A stretch of 64,000 nucleotides of DNA from Oscillospiraceae bacterium (GTDB taxonomy: Bacteria; Bacillota; Clostridia; Oscillospirales; UBA929). The DNA is taken from positions 1,122-65,121 of the forward strand of contig WRLU01000012.1 in NCBI GenBank assembly GCA_009777475.1. Direction: 5' to 3'. Of this stretch, positions 1-10,190 are shown piece by piece. The notes below the pieces were generated by a model that made no database searches, had not been told where the DNA came from, and worked only from the letters and a program-made list of their open reading frames with translations. Position 1 is the first letter of the stretch; every line of letters starts with the position of its first letter. Position numbers and translations under genes: made by a program.

Positions 1-1
1 A

Positions 2-2323
2 CATATTCAAACGCCTGAAGAACTTGCGGCCATCGGCGGTGCAGCGAGCGAGGGGAAATATTATGTGCTGGACAACGACATAAACCTTGTTGAGGAGTGG
101 ATGCCCATTGATGACTTCCGAGGCACACTGGATGGACAGGGGTATAGCGTTAATAATCTGTGGATGGCGGTGGAGCCGCCTGCAAGTTCGAGTCATATTG
201 GGGCAGGGTTGTTTGGTAAGATAACAAAAAGCGTGACTATTAAAAATCTAGGGGTCAATATTGGGGAACAAGGCATCACTGCTTCGGCAGAGGATAGATT
301 TGGACGTGTAAGCTCCGGGGGTTTGATTGGTCGTTTTGACGGAGGCGATACAAGCGTACTTATTATTGAAAATTGCTTTGTAAGGAGCAATGTTTCTGAA
401 ATTCCTCATGACTTTCTGTTTCCGCAAAGTTCCGGCGGGCTGATTGGGGCTTGCTACGATGGTGACGAGGTGAAAATCAAGAACAGTTTTACCGTTGGAA
501 ACATATACGCCCGTATGGATGCAGGGGGATTGATTGGACTTATTGTCGCCGAAAGGGGCAATATACTTATTGAAAGATGCTATTCTATAAGTGATGTAAC
601 GGCATTTGCCATTTACGGTTCTCATATTATGGATGGAATTACAGGGGGATTGGTTGGTGATTGTTGGGGTTCATCCGATGCGACCCTCAAGATTGAGCGT
701 TCTTTTACAACAGGGTATATAGAGGGAAATATGGCGGGCGGTTTGATCGGACGTATTGACGGCGGTATTGCCGCAGATATATTGAATTGCTATTCAGGTG
801 CCAATATTGATGCAACTGCTGTTGCCGGAGGACTCATTGGTTACTGTTCCAATACAACAGTAAAAAACTGTTATGCCGCTGGAGATTCTGTTTGGGCAAG
901 GGGATACTTCCCGCCAGACCCGGATAATGTCTATTGGGCAGGCGGATTGATTGCGGAGCTTGAAGATACTGTGGTGACAAACAGCTACCGCCTGTCAACG
1001 CAAATTATCAACGGGTCGGTAATTGAAACTGCCGGAGAACCGCTGACTGAATCCCAAATGGGGAGTGCAGAATCATTTGATGGCTGGGATTTTGACTTGG
1101 TTTGGGGATACATTGGCAGCAATGATTTCCCTGTCTTGCGTTCTTTCGGCAGCATCCACATAGCTGTTTCATCCGCAACCATAATGAAGGATGGGGAATC
1201 ACTCACAGACCCTGTGTTTGTTCTTGCTGGCAATACTGAGCAGCTGACAGCAAAAGTTGCGCCATTTATATCCACCAATAAAACTGTATCATGGCAAAGT
1301 GACAATCCCGCCGTCGCAACAGTTGACGAAAACGGGTTAGTAGCAGGAATCGCAGGGGGCGAGGCGACAATTACTGTGACAACAGAAGATGGGGGATTAA
1401 CAGATTCTTGTACCGTTAAAGTAAGTGATGCAGGGATAGATTTTTCCCTGATACCTGACATTATTATCAAAGGCAGGATTGACGATGTTGAAAGTGACGA
1501 ATATTTTATCAACCTGACAGATGAAACAATAACAATCCCAAACACATACACTCCTGCCGCATACAGCATTAACGGCGGAAACAAGTGGAAAGCGATAAAA
1601 GACAGTTCAAAAAGCCCGTTCACCAAGTTAAATTTCCCTAAAATGTTCAATAAAACCATGACATTACATTTGTCTGATATGCCGATTGATAAAGAATCAA
1701 AAGTGGGTGGCGTGAAGAACCCGAATAAAGGCAAGCCGCAAACAGGAGCAACAATTGTAATTTTCCCTGAAATACACAAGCGTATTCCCCTGCCAAAGCT
1801 GATGCTAAATTATGCACTTGGCGCAGATAAATCAAACGAAACAACAGGGACATGGCTGCTTGCGGAGAAAGGTTCGGTTGCATCCACAAAAGAGGGCTTA
1901 GTGATTGCTGAGGCTGATGTATCGGGAAAGCAGCCCAATGAAAACGGATTCGGGAAATTTATCGGCAAAAACGGCACAAATAACGGCATTGTGATAAAAC
2001 CTCTTAACTCGAACAACAAGCAAGCCAAGAGTACATATCTGTACAAAGTAGGGGCGGTTGAAGCTAGGGACGGTCGTTACTGGGCGGCAAGCAAGACAAA
2101 AAGAGCAACTGTCAAAGGGCAAAGAAAAGCACCAAATTACAAAGTCAAGGATGGTGTTATTAAAATTAAATCAGGAACAAGCGTTGTCTTGAGTGGCACA
2201 CAGACAGAATACACTGAGAAAACTGGCATAAACGTGGCTGATCACGCTAGTACAGCAGCAAATCTTTGGCTCTATGCAACGGCGAAAAAACCAGCATCAA
2301 AAAAACAAGAACTGGGCATCTGA
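2..2323 (+). CDS. Secreted GLUG-repeat / Big_2 surface protein, 5' end off-window; carries shared C-terminal module (family member P1)
   Basis: The frame is open back to nt 2. HIQTPEELAAIGGAASEGKYYVLDNDINL precedes the track's GTG at 65 and parallels ISNRAELEAIAGNLSGTYHLTADIDL in ORF 15489. It has at least 7 GGLIG/GGLVG GLUG-type repeats and a Big_2-like segment (VSWQSDNPAVATVDENGLVAGIAGGEATITVTT). The shared module starts at about nt 1427. Confidence 0.8.
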   Translation, partial: HIQTPEELAAIGGAASEGKYYVLDNDINLVEEWMPIDDFRGTLDGQGYSVNNLWMAVEPPASSSHIGAGLFGKITKSVTIKNLGVNIGEQGITASAEDRFGRVSSGGLIGRFDGGDTSVLIIENCFVRSNVSEIPHDFLFPQSSGGLIGACYDGDEVKIKNSFTVGNIYARMDAGGLIGLIVAERGNILIERCYSISDVTAFAIYGSHIMDGITGGLVGDCWGSSDATLKIERSFTTGYIEGNMAGGLIGRIDGGIAADILNCYSGANIDATAVAGGLIGYCSNTTVKNCYAAGDSVWARGYFPPDPDNVYWAGGLIAELEDTVVTNSYRLSTQIINGSVIETAGEPLTESQMGSAESFDGWDFDLVWGYIGSNDFPVLRSFGSIHIAVSSATIMKDGESLTDPVFVLAGNTEQLTAKVAPFISTNKTVSWQSDNPAVATVDENGLVAGIAGGEATITVTTEDGGLTDSCTVKVSDAGIDFSLIPDIIIKGRIDDVESDEYFINLTDETITIPNTYTPAAYSINGGNKWKAIKDSSKSPFTKLNFPKMFNKTMTLHLSDMPIDKESKVGGVKNPNKGKPQTGATIVIFPEIHKRIPLPKLMLNYALGADKSNETTGTWLLAEKGSVASTKEGLVIAEADVSGKQPNENGFGKFIGKNGTNNGIVIKPLNSNNKQAKSTYLYKVGAVEARDGRYWAASKTKRATVKGQRKAPNYKVKDGVIKIKSGTSVVLSGTQTEYTEKTGINVADHASTAANLWLYATAKKPASKKQELGI

Positions 2324-2389
2324 CAAGGGTCTAAACATTTCTCGTGCGGGGAGTGTTGGGATATATTATGACTGAAGGGGCGGATTCTA

Positions 2390-5300
2390 ATGAGAAAGAA
2401 TATGTTTTTACAGAGAGGTATTATCACATTATTGGCATTTTTCGTGCTGTCATCTTGCGTTGCTGTATATGCGGCACCTGTATTAAACGAGAAGCAGATT
2501 GTCAAACAGCCAAATGGAGAGGAATTGACTTGTTTTCTAAGCGGTGACGAATTTTTCCGTCACCTGCATTCTGAAGAAGGTTGGCTCATCACCCAAAATG
2601 AAGATGGATGGTATGTCTATGCAAAATTAGATGAAAACGGGAAGCTTGTTCCCTCAGAAACCGTTGCAACCAATGATGATACGCCCTCTGCATTGTCATT
2701 AGGACTGATAACCGCTGAAGATATTGATTTTGACCTCAATCCGGATTTGGTATGGATGCCGGAGGATGATGACATAGAAATTCCTGCTTGGGATTCTGCA
2801 TATGGTTATGTTGGGGCAAAACGGGATAAGCCTTTTGAGGGCAAAATTGAAAATATCATTATTCCGATAGCTTTTGCAGACCAAAGCGACACACTCAGCG
2901 ACACACTCAAAAACAGAATCAACGGAGCTTTTAACGACAATAATCCGTCTTTGAAGCACTATATGCACACCGTATCGGATGGATTGGTTGATATTCATTC
3001 AACGCTTGTTGGGCTGAATAACGCTGCCGTTTTTATGTATAAGGATAAGCATCCGAGGTCGTATTATATGCGGTCGAGTTATCGGGATGATGCCGTACGC
3101 AAGCAACGCGAACACGCCATGTTGCGCAATGCAATTCAGTCAGTCAACAGAAGCATATTGCTAAGTGGGAAAAAATTAGATACACTTGTTCCTGGCACGG
3201 TAGACAGCATTACCTTCATCGTTAGTGGTGATGAAGTGCGAACCGGAGGAGAAATGCTGTGGCCTCACAAGTGGGCGTTTGATAAAAATTATGTAAAATT
3301 AAATGGTCTGAATGTCCGTGAATACAGTTTTTTAGTCGAAAATCATATGTTTCGAGCAGATGGGACTGATAACGTGTCGGTTATCGCCCATGAGCAACTC
3401 CATGTGGCATCATTTCCAGATAACTACAGATACCGAGTTAGCAGCAGAGCGGTTGGCAGACCTGTTGGCGGCTGGGATGTGATGGCTGAAACAGACGATA
3501 ATAAGCCGCAGCTTCCCAATACACACGCCTTACTTAGATATGGCGGATGGGGCTATGGTCTTGCTGAACTAACAGAAAACGGAAGGTACGCTATCAGCCC
3601 TGTCGGCAGTCAGACAGGGATTACAGCATATGCCATCAAGACAGATGTGGAGAAAGAGTTTATTCTTATAGAATGTAAAAACGGTACAAACGATTCGGGA
3701 TATGACAAATTGTTTGGAACCGCTCCAAATCCGCTAGATTACAATCCAGGATTGACTATTACACGAATAAACTTAGATTTCAGCGGAAATGCGAACCGGG
3801 ACGGCGGCAAAAGAGATGAGTGCTACACCTACCGCCCAAATGAAGAAGAACGAAACGGCGGTTGGGGCGATATTGAGAACGCTTCTTTCTCCGCCGATGC
3901 AGGGAGACTTACCTTTGGCGGCGGCGATGATTTTAAGAATCAGATGTATTTGTTCGGAGTAAACAACACTACAGATTACGAAATTTCCAATGTGTCTGCT
4001 ATAGGCACGGACGGCACTATGACCTTTGATATCAAAATTAAGCCCGATACCCCTAGTATCAATGTGGCATATATTTCCGATGTCAAAGGAAAAATTGATG
4101 CCGATTATAATGGTGAGGTTTTTGAATCCGGCGGTATCGTAACAGATGGAAACGTCAAATTTAAGGCTACACCCCTTCCTGGTTATATGGTTGAGCGCTG
4201 GTTTGTGAATGGTATCGCACAGCCGACAAGCGACCGCGAGTTTATACTTCCGATAGTACCTTTCATGGAACGCAGCACAACTGTTGCCGTTACATACAGA
4301 AAGGCAGATTCTTCTGTTGCGGTTGATGCTCCCGTCATCAAAACAAACCCTTCTGATTTGAGTATGATTTCAGCAGCGGATACGGTTGAAGTTACAATAG
4401 AATCAGACTATCCTGAAATTTACTACACCTTGAACGGCAAAACTCCTACGCCAGATTCAGAAGTATACGATGGAACACCAATTGAAGTCACAGCAGGTAC
4501 GCTGAGGCAGGCAACAAAAATAATTACAGCATATGCAGTACATGAGGATGGTATTGCTTCTGAAATGGTTTCGCAGGATATTGTCTTTCGGGATGCAACG
4601 GGCATAGACTATTTTGGCATTGAAACGGTCTTAGTTCCGCGCATACCGCCTAATCCAGACGACCCAGATTCCCCGGACGATCCAGACAATCCTGCTGCCA
4701 GCGGATTTTACATTGACTTGCAAGACGAAAAACTTGTGGTTCCATATGGCTATGTGCCTACGGCGTACAGCGTTGATGGCGGGAAGAAGTGGAAAAAAGT
4801 AAGTGTGGATATCGACAACGAGAAAAACCCGCTCAATGCGGCAAATTTCCATAAGCTGCTCAATAAAGACTTGAGTCTGTATCTTTATGATAAAGAGTTT
4901 TCGGGCAAGATTCCACCAGAGGATGCGGAGTTGATGAAGTTTGAAAACATAAACAAACGTCCCAAGGTTACTAAACTAAAAATCGACTATGCCATTGCCG
5001 CAGACAAAACAGGATTTACCACAGGCGAATGGGTACTGTCTCCTGACAAAACTAATGCACACAAAGGCGGTCAAATTGGTCGTGCCGTAATTTTAAGCAA
5101 CGGCAAACCCGGCAAAGTAGTTGATGAACAAGGTTGGGGTCAATTCTCACCAAGAGGAGGCGTCCTTGTAGAAAAATTGGGCGAGAGCGAAACCAAAGCG
5201 AAGAAAACAACTTACTTCTATAGGGATGCTCCTAAACGAAATGTTGCTCCTGATGGCACGGTGAGTTTTATGGCAGCCAGCAAGCTCAAAAAGTATTCGG

Positions 5301-5575
5301 CTCTTAGTGAACAGCCGAAACCAAAATACAGCAAAAAGGGCAACGAGATTAAACTTAAAAAGGGTGCTTACATATATGCGGGTTCGCTCGTAGATGCCAG
5401 TCTCCCTGCAACAGATTTTATAGCAACTAAGACCACAAGCACAGAATTTGAGGAGGGGAAATTGTATTACCTCCCTGCAAAGGCAACAATCCCTGCTATA
5501 TCAGGTGTGACCCATACTGTTTGGAACGAGGCTGGAAAAAAGCCTGTGACCCAAAGGTTAGAGATAACAGACTAG
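2390..5575 (+). CDS. Secreted (possibly lipoprotein) M6/immune-inhibitor-A-like metalloprotease with CHB_HEX_C-like domain and shared C-terminal module (P2)
   Basis: Signal peptide with a lipobox-like LSSC. HExxH motif at VIAHEQLHV. N-terminal GDEFFRHLHSEEGWLITQNEDGWYVYA resembles M6-domain proteins. EIYYTLNGKTPTPDSEVYDGTPIEV resembles a chitobiase C-terminal domain. A Pro/Asp linker is followed by the shared module from about nt 4706. Confidence 0.7.
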   Translation: MRKNMFLQRGIITLLAFFVLSSCVAVYAAPVLNEKQIVKQPNGEELTCFLSGDEFFRHLHSEEGWLITQNEDGWYVYAKLDENGKLVPSETVATNDDTPSALSLGLITAEDIDFDLNPDLVWMPEDDDIEIPAWDSAYGYVGAKRDKPFEGKIENIIIPIAFADQSDTLSDTLKNRINGAFNDNNPSLKHYMHTVSDGLVDIHSTLVGLNNAAVFMYKDKHPRSYYMRSSYRDDAVRKQREHAMLRNAIQSVNRSILLSGKKLDTLVPGTVDSITFIVSGDEVRTGGEMLWPHKWAFDKNYVKLNGLNVREYSFLVENHMFRADGTDNVSVIAHEQLHVASFPDNYRYRVSSRAVGRPVGGWDVMAETDDNKPQLPNTHALLRYGGWGYGLAELTENGRYAISPVGSQTGITAYAIKTDVEKEFILIECKNGTNDSGYDKLFGTAPNPLDYNPGLTITRINLDFSGNANRDGGKRDECYTYRPNEEERNGGWGDIENASFSADAGRLTFGGGDDFKNQMYLFGVNNTTDYEISNVSAIGTDGTMTFDIKIKPDTPSINVAYISDVKGKIDADYNGEVFESGGIVTDGNVKFKATPLPGYMVERWFVNGIAQPTSDREFILPIVPFMERSTTVAVTYRKADSSVAVDAPVIKTNPSDLSMISAADTVEVTIESDYPEIYYTLNGKTPTPDSEVYDGTPIEVTAGTLRQATKIITAYAVHEDGIASEMVSQDIVFRDATGIDYFGIETVLVPRIPPNPDDPDSPDDPDNPAASGFYIDLQDEKLVVPYGYVPTAYSVDGGKKWKKVSVDIDNEKNPLNAANFHKLLNKDLSLYLYDKEFSGKIPPEDAELMKFENINKRPKVTKLKIDYAIAADKTGFTTGEWVLSPDKTNAHKGGQIGRAVILSNGKPGKVVDEQGWGQFSPRGGVLVEKLGESETKAKKTTYFYRDAPKRNVAPDGTVSFMAASKLKKYSALSEQPKPKYSKKGNEIKLKKGAYIYAGSLVDASLPATDFIATKTTSTEFEEGKLYYLPAKATIPAISGVTHTVWNEAGKKPVTQRLEITD

Positions 5576-5596
5576 GAAAACTTTCAAAAGACAGCA

Positions 5597-5637
5597 GAAC
5601 CCATGGGCTGCCAGTGATGGCGGCTCATGGGTTCTTT
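5597..5637. terminator. Bidirectional stem-loop between convergent genes
   Basis: gaacccatgggctgcc / ggcggctcatgggttc imperfect inverted repeat followed by ttt, 20 nt after the P2 stop. Confidence 0.5.
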
Positions 5638-5673
5638 GAAGTTCCGGTCTTTGGTGTGGTTGAGATGCCCGGC

Positions 5674-5955
5674 TCAATCGTCAGGCATTACCAATCGCCC
5701 ATCCTCATCAACCGTTCCCTCATAAAACTCATCCAGCGGTTGGAAAGTATGCCCATACTTTTTGTTAAGATATCCCGCATTGAAATTGCATTCAGACGGC
5801 TTGCCCGTTTCGGATTTGAGGGAGTATACTTGTTCTCGGTGAACAAAGTATGTTGCTGTGTGCAATTCATCGCAGTTAGAAACGGGGTAGGTTCTTTGGA
5901 AAAGCTGAAAATCCTTAACTCTATGCCCGCCTTTGAGTTTGTAAAAATTAGTCAT
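5674..5955 (-). CDS. Hypothetical protein (93 aa)
   Basis: The ORF overlaps the upstream gene by 8 nt, suggesting translational coupling. No family recognised. Confidence 0.45.
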   Translation of the reverse strand: MTNFYKLKGGHRVKDFQLFQRTYPVSNCDELHTATYFVHREQVYSLKSETGKPSECNFNAGYLNKKYGHTFQPLDEFYEGTVDEDGRLVMPDD

Positions 5956-6325
5956 CGTCTTGCACCTCCTCGCCGCTCCCGGCAGTTTCGGTACGAAGTT
6001 CCTTCTGCATAGACATTTTAAGTGTTTTCAACCTCTCCGTGACCCCATATTCACTGGTAGGGTTTGGATTGAACCATTTGCCTTCCCATAAATAATAAAC
6101 GGTGATAGTCTGAAGCTGCCCATCGCCAGAGGTGAAGCGGGAGTGTTCACGCTTATATTCCATCGCAATTATGCGGGTGCCGTCCGGAAGCTTGTATTGA
6201 TAATACGTCTGCCCCAATTCCGGCACGGTCAGCCACTCGCCCCACTCCTTGTAATTTTTCAGAAATTCCGTCCTTTTCCCGCCGTTTGCCCACAGCCTGA
6301 TTAGCTCTTCCTTTTTTTGTTGCAT
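5948..6325 (-). CDS. Hypothetical protein (125 aa)
   Basis: Start placed at MQQKKEE (ATG 6325) behind a taggagagggg RBS; the track's longer N-terminus lacks an RBS. No family recognised. Confidence 0.5.
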   Translation of the reverse strand: MQQKKEELIRLWANGGKRTEFLKNYKEWGEWLTVPELGQTYYQYKLPDGTRIIAMEYKREHSRFTSGDGQLQTITVYYLWEGKWFNPNPTSEYGVTERLKTLKMSMQKELRTETAGSGEEVQDDD

Positions 6326-6565
6326 AATAAATGCCCCTCTCCTAAATAATGTGCGGCCGCACAAGCGTGACCGCCACTAACATATATCACTCAGGTTGCT
6401 AAATAAAGCAAGTCAATTCTGAGGCATATAATGCACAAACATTCGAGGCTAATTTTGTGCAGGTTGTATCTGTCTTTTATGGGAAAAGCAGCAAGGGCAA
6501 AACATGGGTTTTACCCTTGCTGTGCCGGCTGAAAAAGCGTATACTAAAACAATAGAAAGGTTTTT

Positions 6566-6952
6566 ATGAGAAACAGGCAAAAAGCACCAGACAAACAGAA
6601 AACACCGGGATTTTGGAATGGGTTTTTCTTGCAGATGGGGATATATGCCGTTATGAATGCCCTGCGGATTGTGGTTGGGGTAAATATTCTGGCAAAGGCC
6701 GGTCCGTACGGAAATGCTGTATTCACCTGCGACACCATCCTCAAACCGACCGATCACAGTTGGCAGATTTTTATGCTTGGACTGATGGTTGTGTATGGAC
6801 TCTTTTCCCTTGTGTTTTTTGGGATTCGCTTCAGAAAATCTGAGATTATCCGAGGATTCTTCGTAGGGACGCTAGTCGCACAGACTGCCGCCGCCGTGCT
6901 GCTTCTTTGGGAAGGGCCAACGCCAATTATGGGGACTTGCTCCGGGGTTTAG
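6566..6952 (+). CDS. Small integral membrane protein (about 4 hydrophobic segments)
   Basis: Hydrophobic helices GFFLQMGIYAVMNALRIVVGV, IFMLGLMVVYGLFSLVFFGI and FFVGTLVAQTAAAVLLLW. Confidence 0.45.
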   Translation: MRNRQKAPDKQKTPGFWNGFFLQMGIYAVMNALRIVVGVNILAKAGPYGNAVFTCDTILKPTDHSWQIFMLGLMVVYGLFSLVFFGIRFRKSEIIRGFFVGTLVAQTAAAVLLLWEGPTPIMGTCSGV

Positions 6953-7073
6953 GTATTAGTGGTTATAAAATAAAGAACCTTGAATGTAGGGGATATATGC
7001 TATCAAGGCGGATGGATATTTTCTTCAAAATGCTATATTATTTGAGGAGATCAAAAAAGGCAGGAGACCATTT

Positions 7074-7293
7074 ATGTCACAATATAAGCCAACAGAAGAT
7101 GGAAAAAAAAGTTAAAGTTGAACTGAATGATGATGGGACATTGAAGCGGCTTGATGAAATTTCACAAATCCAAGAAGACGGCAAACACAGACACGCATGG
7201 CTAAAAAAAACGGAAGAGGGCGATTACAAATATGGGACACATCCTGCCGATAGTAAAACAGATGATTCGCGAAGAGATAAATTTTCAGGATAA
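7074..7293 (+). pseudogene. Small charged protein gene, frame broken at an A8 tract
   Basis: ATG 7074 has a good RBS (aggcaggagaccattt) and reads MSQYKPTEDGKKS-stop. Removing one A from the run 7103-7110 joins it to the long frame VKVELNDDGTLKRLDEISQIQEDGKHRH... that ends at 7293. Confidence 0.4.
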
Positions 7294-7457
7294 TATCCTT
7301 GTGTTAATTGATGTGTAGAATTCTAGCATAAAGATTTAGCTGTGGGGAGAAAACCAACGGCTAGGCGGTTCTTGTTTTCTGCAGATGCAAGCGGGTATCA
7401 GCGTTAAATCCTAAGGAGTTTGGGTCAGATTCCGCCCAGACACATACCCGCCTCATT

Positions 7458-8060
7458 TCAGCCTATCACTCCTGCTATAATCGTAATTACGCCGAGAACA
7501 GCATGGCTGATGCCCACTCCTATCAGGTTCTTGGATTTCTGATAGGAGGCATACCAAATTAGCCCAATGAAGAACGTTAGCAGCAATGTTAGCCAGTCTT
7601 TATAGATGATGTGGGCAAAGCTATACAACAGGGTTGAAATGAGCATTACGCCAATCGGTCTGATGTTTTGGCGTTCGAGGCTAACAGTTAAAGCTCCCCT
7701 GTAAAGAAACTCTTGAATAGGCGAGGATATAAAGATATAAAATATGAAAAAGTTCCAGGTTTCATTAGGGATTATTCTTGAGTACCCGCTAAAATAGATG
7801 GCCGCACCAATAATCAGCAACACTACTGTCACGGGCAAGACGTGAAGGATGGATTTCCCCCACTGCTTTGATGTGATTCCCATATCTTCATTTGAAAAGC
7901 CAAGCAATCTAAAAATCGCATACGTTGCAAAACCACCAACGGTAAGTGCGTAAAATTTATACTCAAAACCAATAACATCAAACAAAATGGATATCGGCAA
8001 GCCTATGTAGACTAGAAATATGATGAGCCATAGACTGTATTTTTTTGTAGCGGGGTTCAT
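7458..8060 (-). CDS. CPBP family intramembrane glutamic endopeptidase (CAAX/Abi-like)
   Basis: Multi-TM protein with the three CPBP motifs: QEFLYRGAL (EExxxR type), LLYSFAHIIY (FxxxH) and ISHAVLG. Confidence 0.75.
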   Translation of the reverse strand: MNPATKKYSLWLIIFLVYIGLPISILFDVIGFEYKFYALTVGGFATYAIFRLLGFSNEDMGITSKQWGKSILHVLPVTVVLLIIGAAIYFSGYSRIIPNETWNFFIFYIFISSPIQEFLYRGALTVSLERQNIRPIGVMLISTLLYSFAHIIYKDWLTLLLTFFIGLIWYASYQKSKNLIGVGISHAVLGVITIIAGVIG

Positions 8061-8220
8061 TGCAACGACACGTCTCTCTAAGAAATCTTCTGCCCCTACG
8101 ATACCACGATTTATGCATGATTACAATCGACAACGCTATTTTCAATGCCTCCGCTTGACTGCACAAGGGTTTTTATGGTATGCTCCATGTCAGTAAGAGC
8201 AAAAAGGGAGGGGGTCTTAC

Positions 8221-8943
8221 ATGGCATACACACGCTGGAATGAGAGCGGATATTATATTTTCGGCGGGGAAGATGATATTGATTTCGATGGGAAATCTAT
8301 CTCCAATGATAAAGTGGATGTTTTTCTGCATGGTCTTTTCGATGAGCAATATGGCGGCGGCAGAGAATTTTGGGAACGCTTCCATCACGGCAGACGAATC
8401 ACTGAAAACTTCCAAAAGGGTTTCCGTATCCAAAAACTTTCTCAATATGAACCCGATATAAAGGGACAAATCGCTGGTATTTCTGCACTGGCTGGAGAAA
8501 TCTGGCGGGAGCATTACACGCCCATTGTCGGCTCTGAGCAGGTGGAGTATATGTTGGAAAAATTCCAGTCCGCCAAACAAATTTACGCCGATATTAAAAA
8601 CGGCCACACCTATTTTACGACAAAAAATATTGACGGAGGCGGCTTAATCGGCTACTGTGCTGCTGTGCCGGAAGATGATGCCTTGCTTCTCAGCAAACTC
8701 TATGTCCATCGTGATTTCCGAGGCAATGGCATTGCCCGCGCTCTGTTGAACGAGGCAGCCGCTCTGTGCAGATCGTATGGGCGTGACAAAATCTGTTTGA
8801 CCGTAAACAAGAATAATACCGATGCGATTGCCGCGTATAAAAAGATGGGATTTTGGATGGACGATTCAATTAAAATAGATATCGGTAACGGGTTCGTTAT
8901 GGACGATTTCGTGATGGAATATATCGTTGGCTGGAGAATATAG
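8221..8943 (+). CDS. GNAT family N-acetyltransferase with extra ~65-aa N-terminal region
   Basis: Acetyl-CoA-binding core LYVHRDFRGNGIARALLNEAAALCRSYG ... AIAAYKKMGF. The start is uncertain. Confidence 0.7.
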   Translation: MAYTRWNESGYYIFGGEDDIDFDGKSISNDKVDVFLHGLFDEQYGGGREFWERFHHGRRITENFQKGFRIQKLSQYEPDIKGQIAGISALAGEIWREHYTPIVGSEQVEYMLEKFQSAKQIYADIKNGHTYFTTKNIDGGGLIGYCAAVPEDDALLLSKLYVHRDFRGNGIARALLNEAAALCRSYGRDKICLTVNKNNTDAIAAYKKMGFWMDDSIKIDIGNGFVMDDFVMEYIVGWRI

Positions 8944-9073
8944 CGTGTTGGATGTGCTATGTTTTGAGACTCGGGTCGGGAGGTTCAACGAGGAATTTTT
9001 CATTGCGTTTACCCTAAGAACATGGTAAGATGAAGCTGTTCATAAATTTACGGTTCAAGGGGAAGCAGACACT

Positions 9074-10123
9074 ATGAAAAAGAAGAAAAACGAAATAACC
9101 ATCCGCTCCAGTGCGGCGGAATATCTGACCTTTGTGGCCGCCACCGGTGACAGCGAACAGAGTGTGGAGATGCGTTATCAGGATGAGAATATTTGGTTGA
9201 CGCAGAAGCTGATGGCTACACTGTATGATGTGAGTGTTCAAAATATTGGGCAACATATCAAGAAAATATTTGATGATGATGAACTCGAACGCAGGGCAAC
9301 TATAAAGAAATACTTTATAGTTCAAAATGAAGGCACCCGAACGGTTTCTCGGGAAGTAGACCACTACAATTTGCAAATGATTATCGCCGTTGGCTTCAAG
9401 ATTAACAACGAACGTGCCGTGCAATTTCGCAAATGGGCAAATCAAATTGTCAAAGACTATACCATTCAAGGCTGGGTAATGGATGTTGAACGCCTCAAGC
9501 ACGGTGGTTCTGTGTTAGACAGCGAATATTTTGACCGGCAACTTGAAAAAATCCGGGAAATTCGTCTGTCTGAGCGAAAATTCTATCAAAAAATCACAGA
9601 TATTTACGCAACCTCCTTGGATTATGATCCCAAAGCCAAGGCTACACAGCGGTTTTTTGCCGCAGTCCAGAACAAACTGCACTGGGCAATCCATGGTCAC
9701 ACGGCTGCCGAGTTGATTGTGGAGCGTGCCAATGCCAAAAAAGAACATATGGGCTTGACATCGTGGGAAGGTTCGCCAAAAGGGAAAATACATAAGTCGG
9801 ACGTGTCTATCGCTAAGAACTACCTGTCTGCATTTGAGATGGAGCAGCTCGAACGTCTCGTTTCGGCCTATCTGGACTTTGGAGAAAATATGGCACGCCG
9901 AAATATCCCGATGACCATGGAAGATTGGGAAAAGAGGCTGAATGGTTTTATTGAGATGTTTGAATATGGCGTATTGAAGGATGCAGGGAAAGTCACAGCT
10001 GAAATCGCAAAGCTCCATGCGGAAACAGAGTTTGAGAAGTACCGCATTGTCCAGGATGCGCTGTTTCAGAGTGATTACGACAAATTTATAAAGCTAGAAG
10101 AGGCTGTGAAGGAGAATGAGTGA
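9074..10123 (+). CDS. rhuM: RhuM family virulence/island protein
   Basis: Full-length match by eye to the RhuM pattern: IRSSAAEYLTF, ENIWLTQKLMATLYDVSVQNIGQHIKKIF, YNLQMIIAVGFKINNERAVQFRKWANQIVKDY, LSERKFYQKITDIYATS. Confidence 0.85.
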   Translation: MKKKKNEITIRSSAAEYLTFVAATGDSEQSVEMRYQDENIWLTQKLMATLYDVSVQNIGQHIKKIFDDDELERRATIKKYFIVQNEGTRTVSREVDHYNLQMIIAVGFKINNERAVQFRKWANQIVKDYTIQGWVMDVERLKHGGSVLDSEYFDRQLEKIREIRLSERKFYQKITDIYATSLDYDPKAKATQRFFAAVQNKLHWAIHGHTAAELIVERANAKKEHMGLTSWEGSPKGKIHKSDVSIAKNYLSAFEMEQLERLVSAYLDFGENMARRNIPMTMEDWEKRLNGFIEMFEYGVLKDAGKVTAEIAKLHAETEFEKYRIVQDALFQSDYDKFIKLEEAVKENE

Positions 10124-10190
10124 TTTACGGAAAAGCCTGTTTTCACGCCGACCTGACACCCTTTGTTGCATATCCCAGCGAGGGGAGCAG

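Noticed and set aside
985-1779. 264-aa antisense ORF inside P1
   Set aside because: Same reasoning. The sense frame carries the Big_2 domain and the shared module.
5521-6012. 163-aa plus-strand ORF overlapping the end of P2 and the two minus-strand hypothetical genes
   Set aside because: It starts inside P2 and crosses the terminator hairpin. The minus-strand pair has an RBS and translational coupling.
8173-8607. 144-aa minus-strand ORF opposite the GNAT N-terminal region
   Set aside because: No RBS or motifs were seen, so I kept the plus-strand reading. The first ~65 codons of the GNAT ORF remain uncertain.
9014-10018. Antisense ORFs 9014-9502 and 9515-10018 opposite RhuM
   Set aside because: The RhuM frame matches the family end to end; the antisense frames are featureless.
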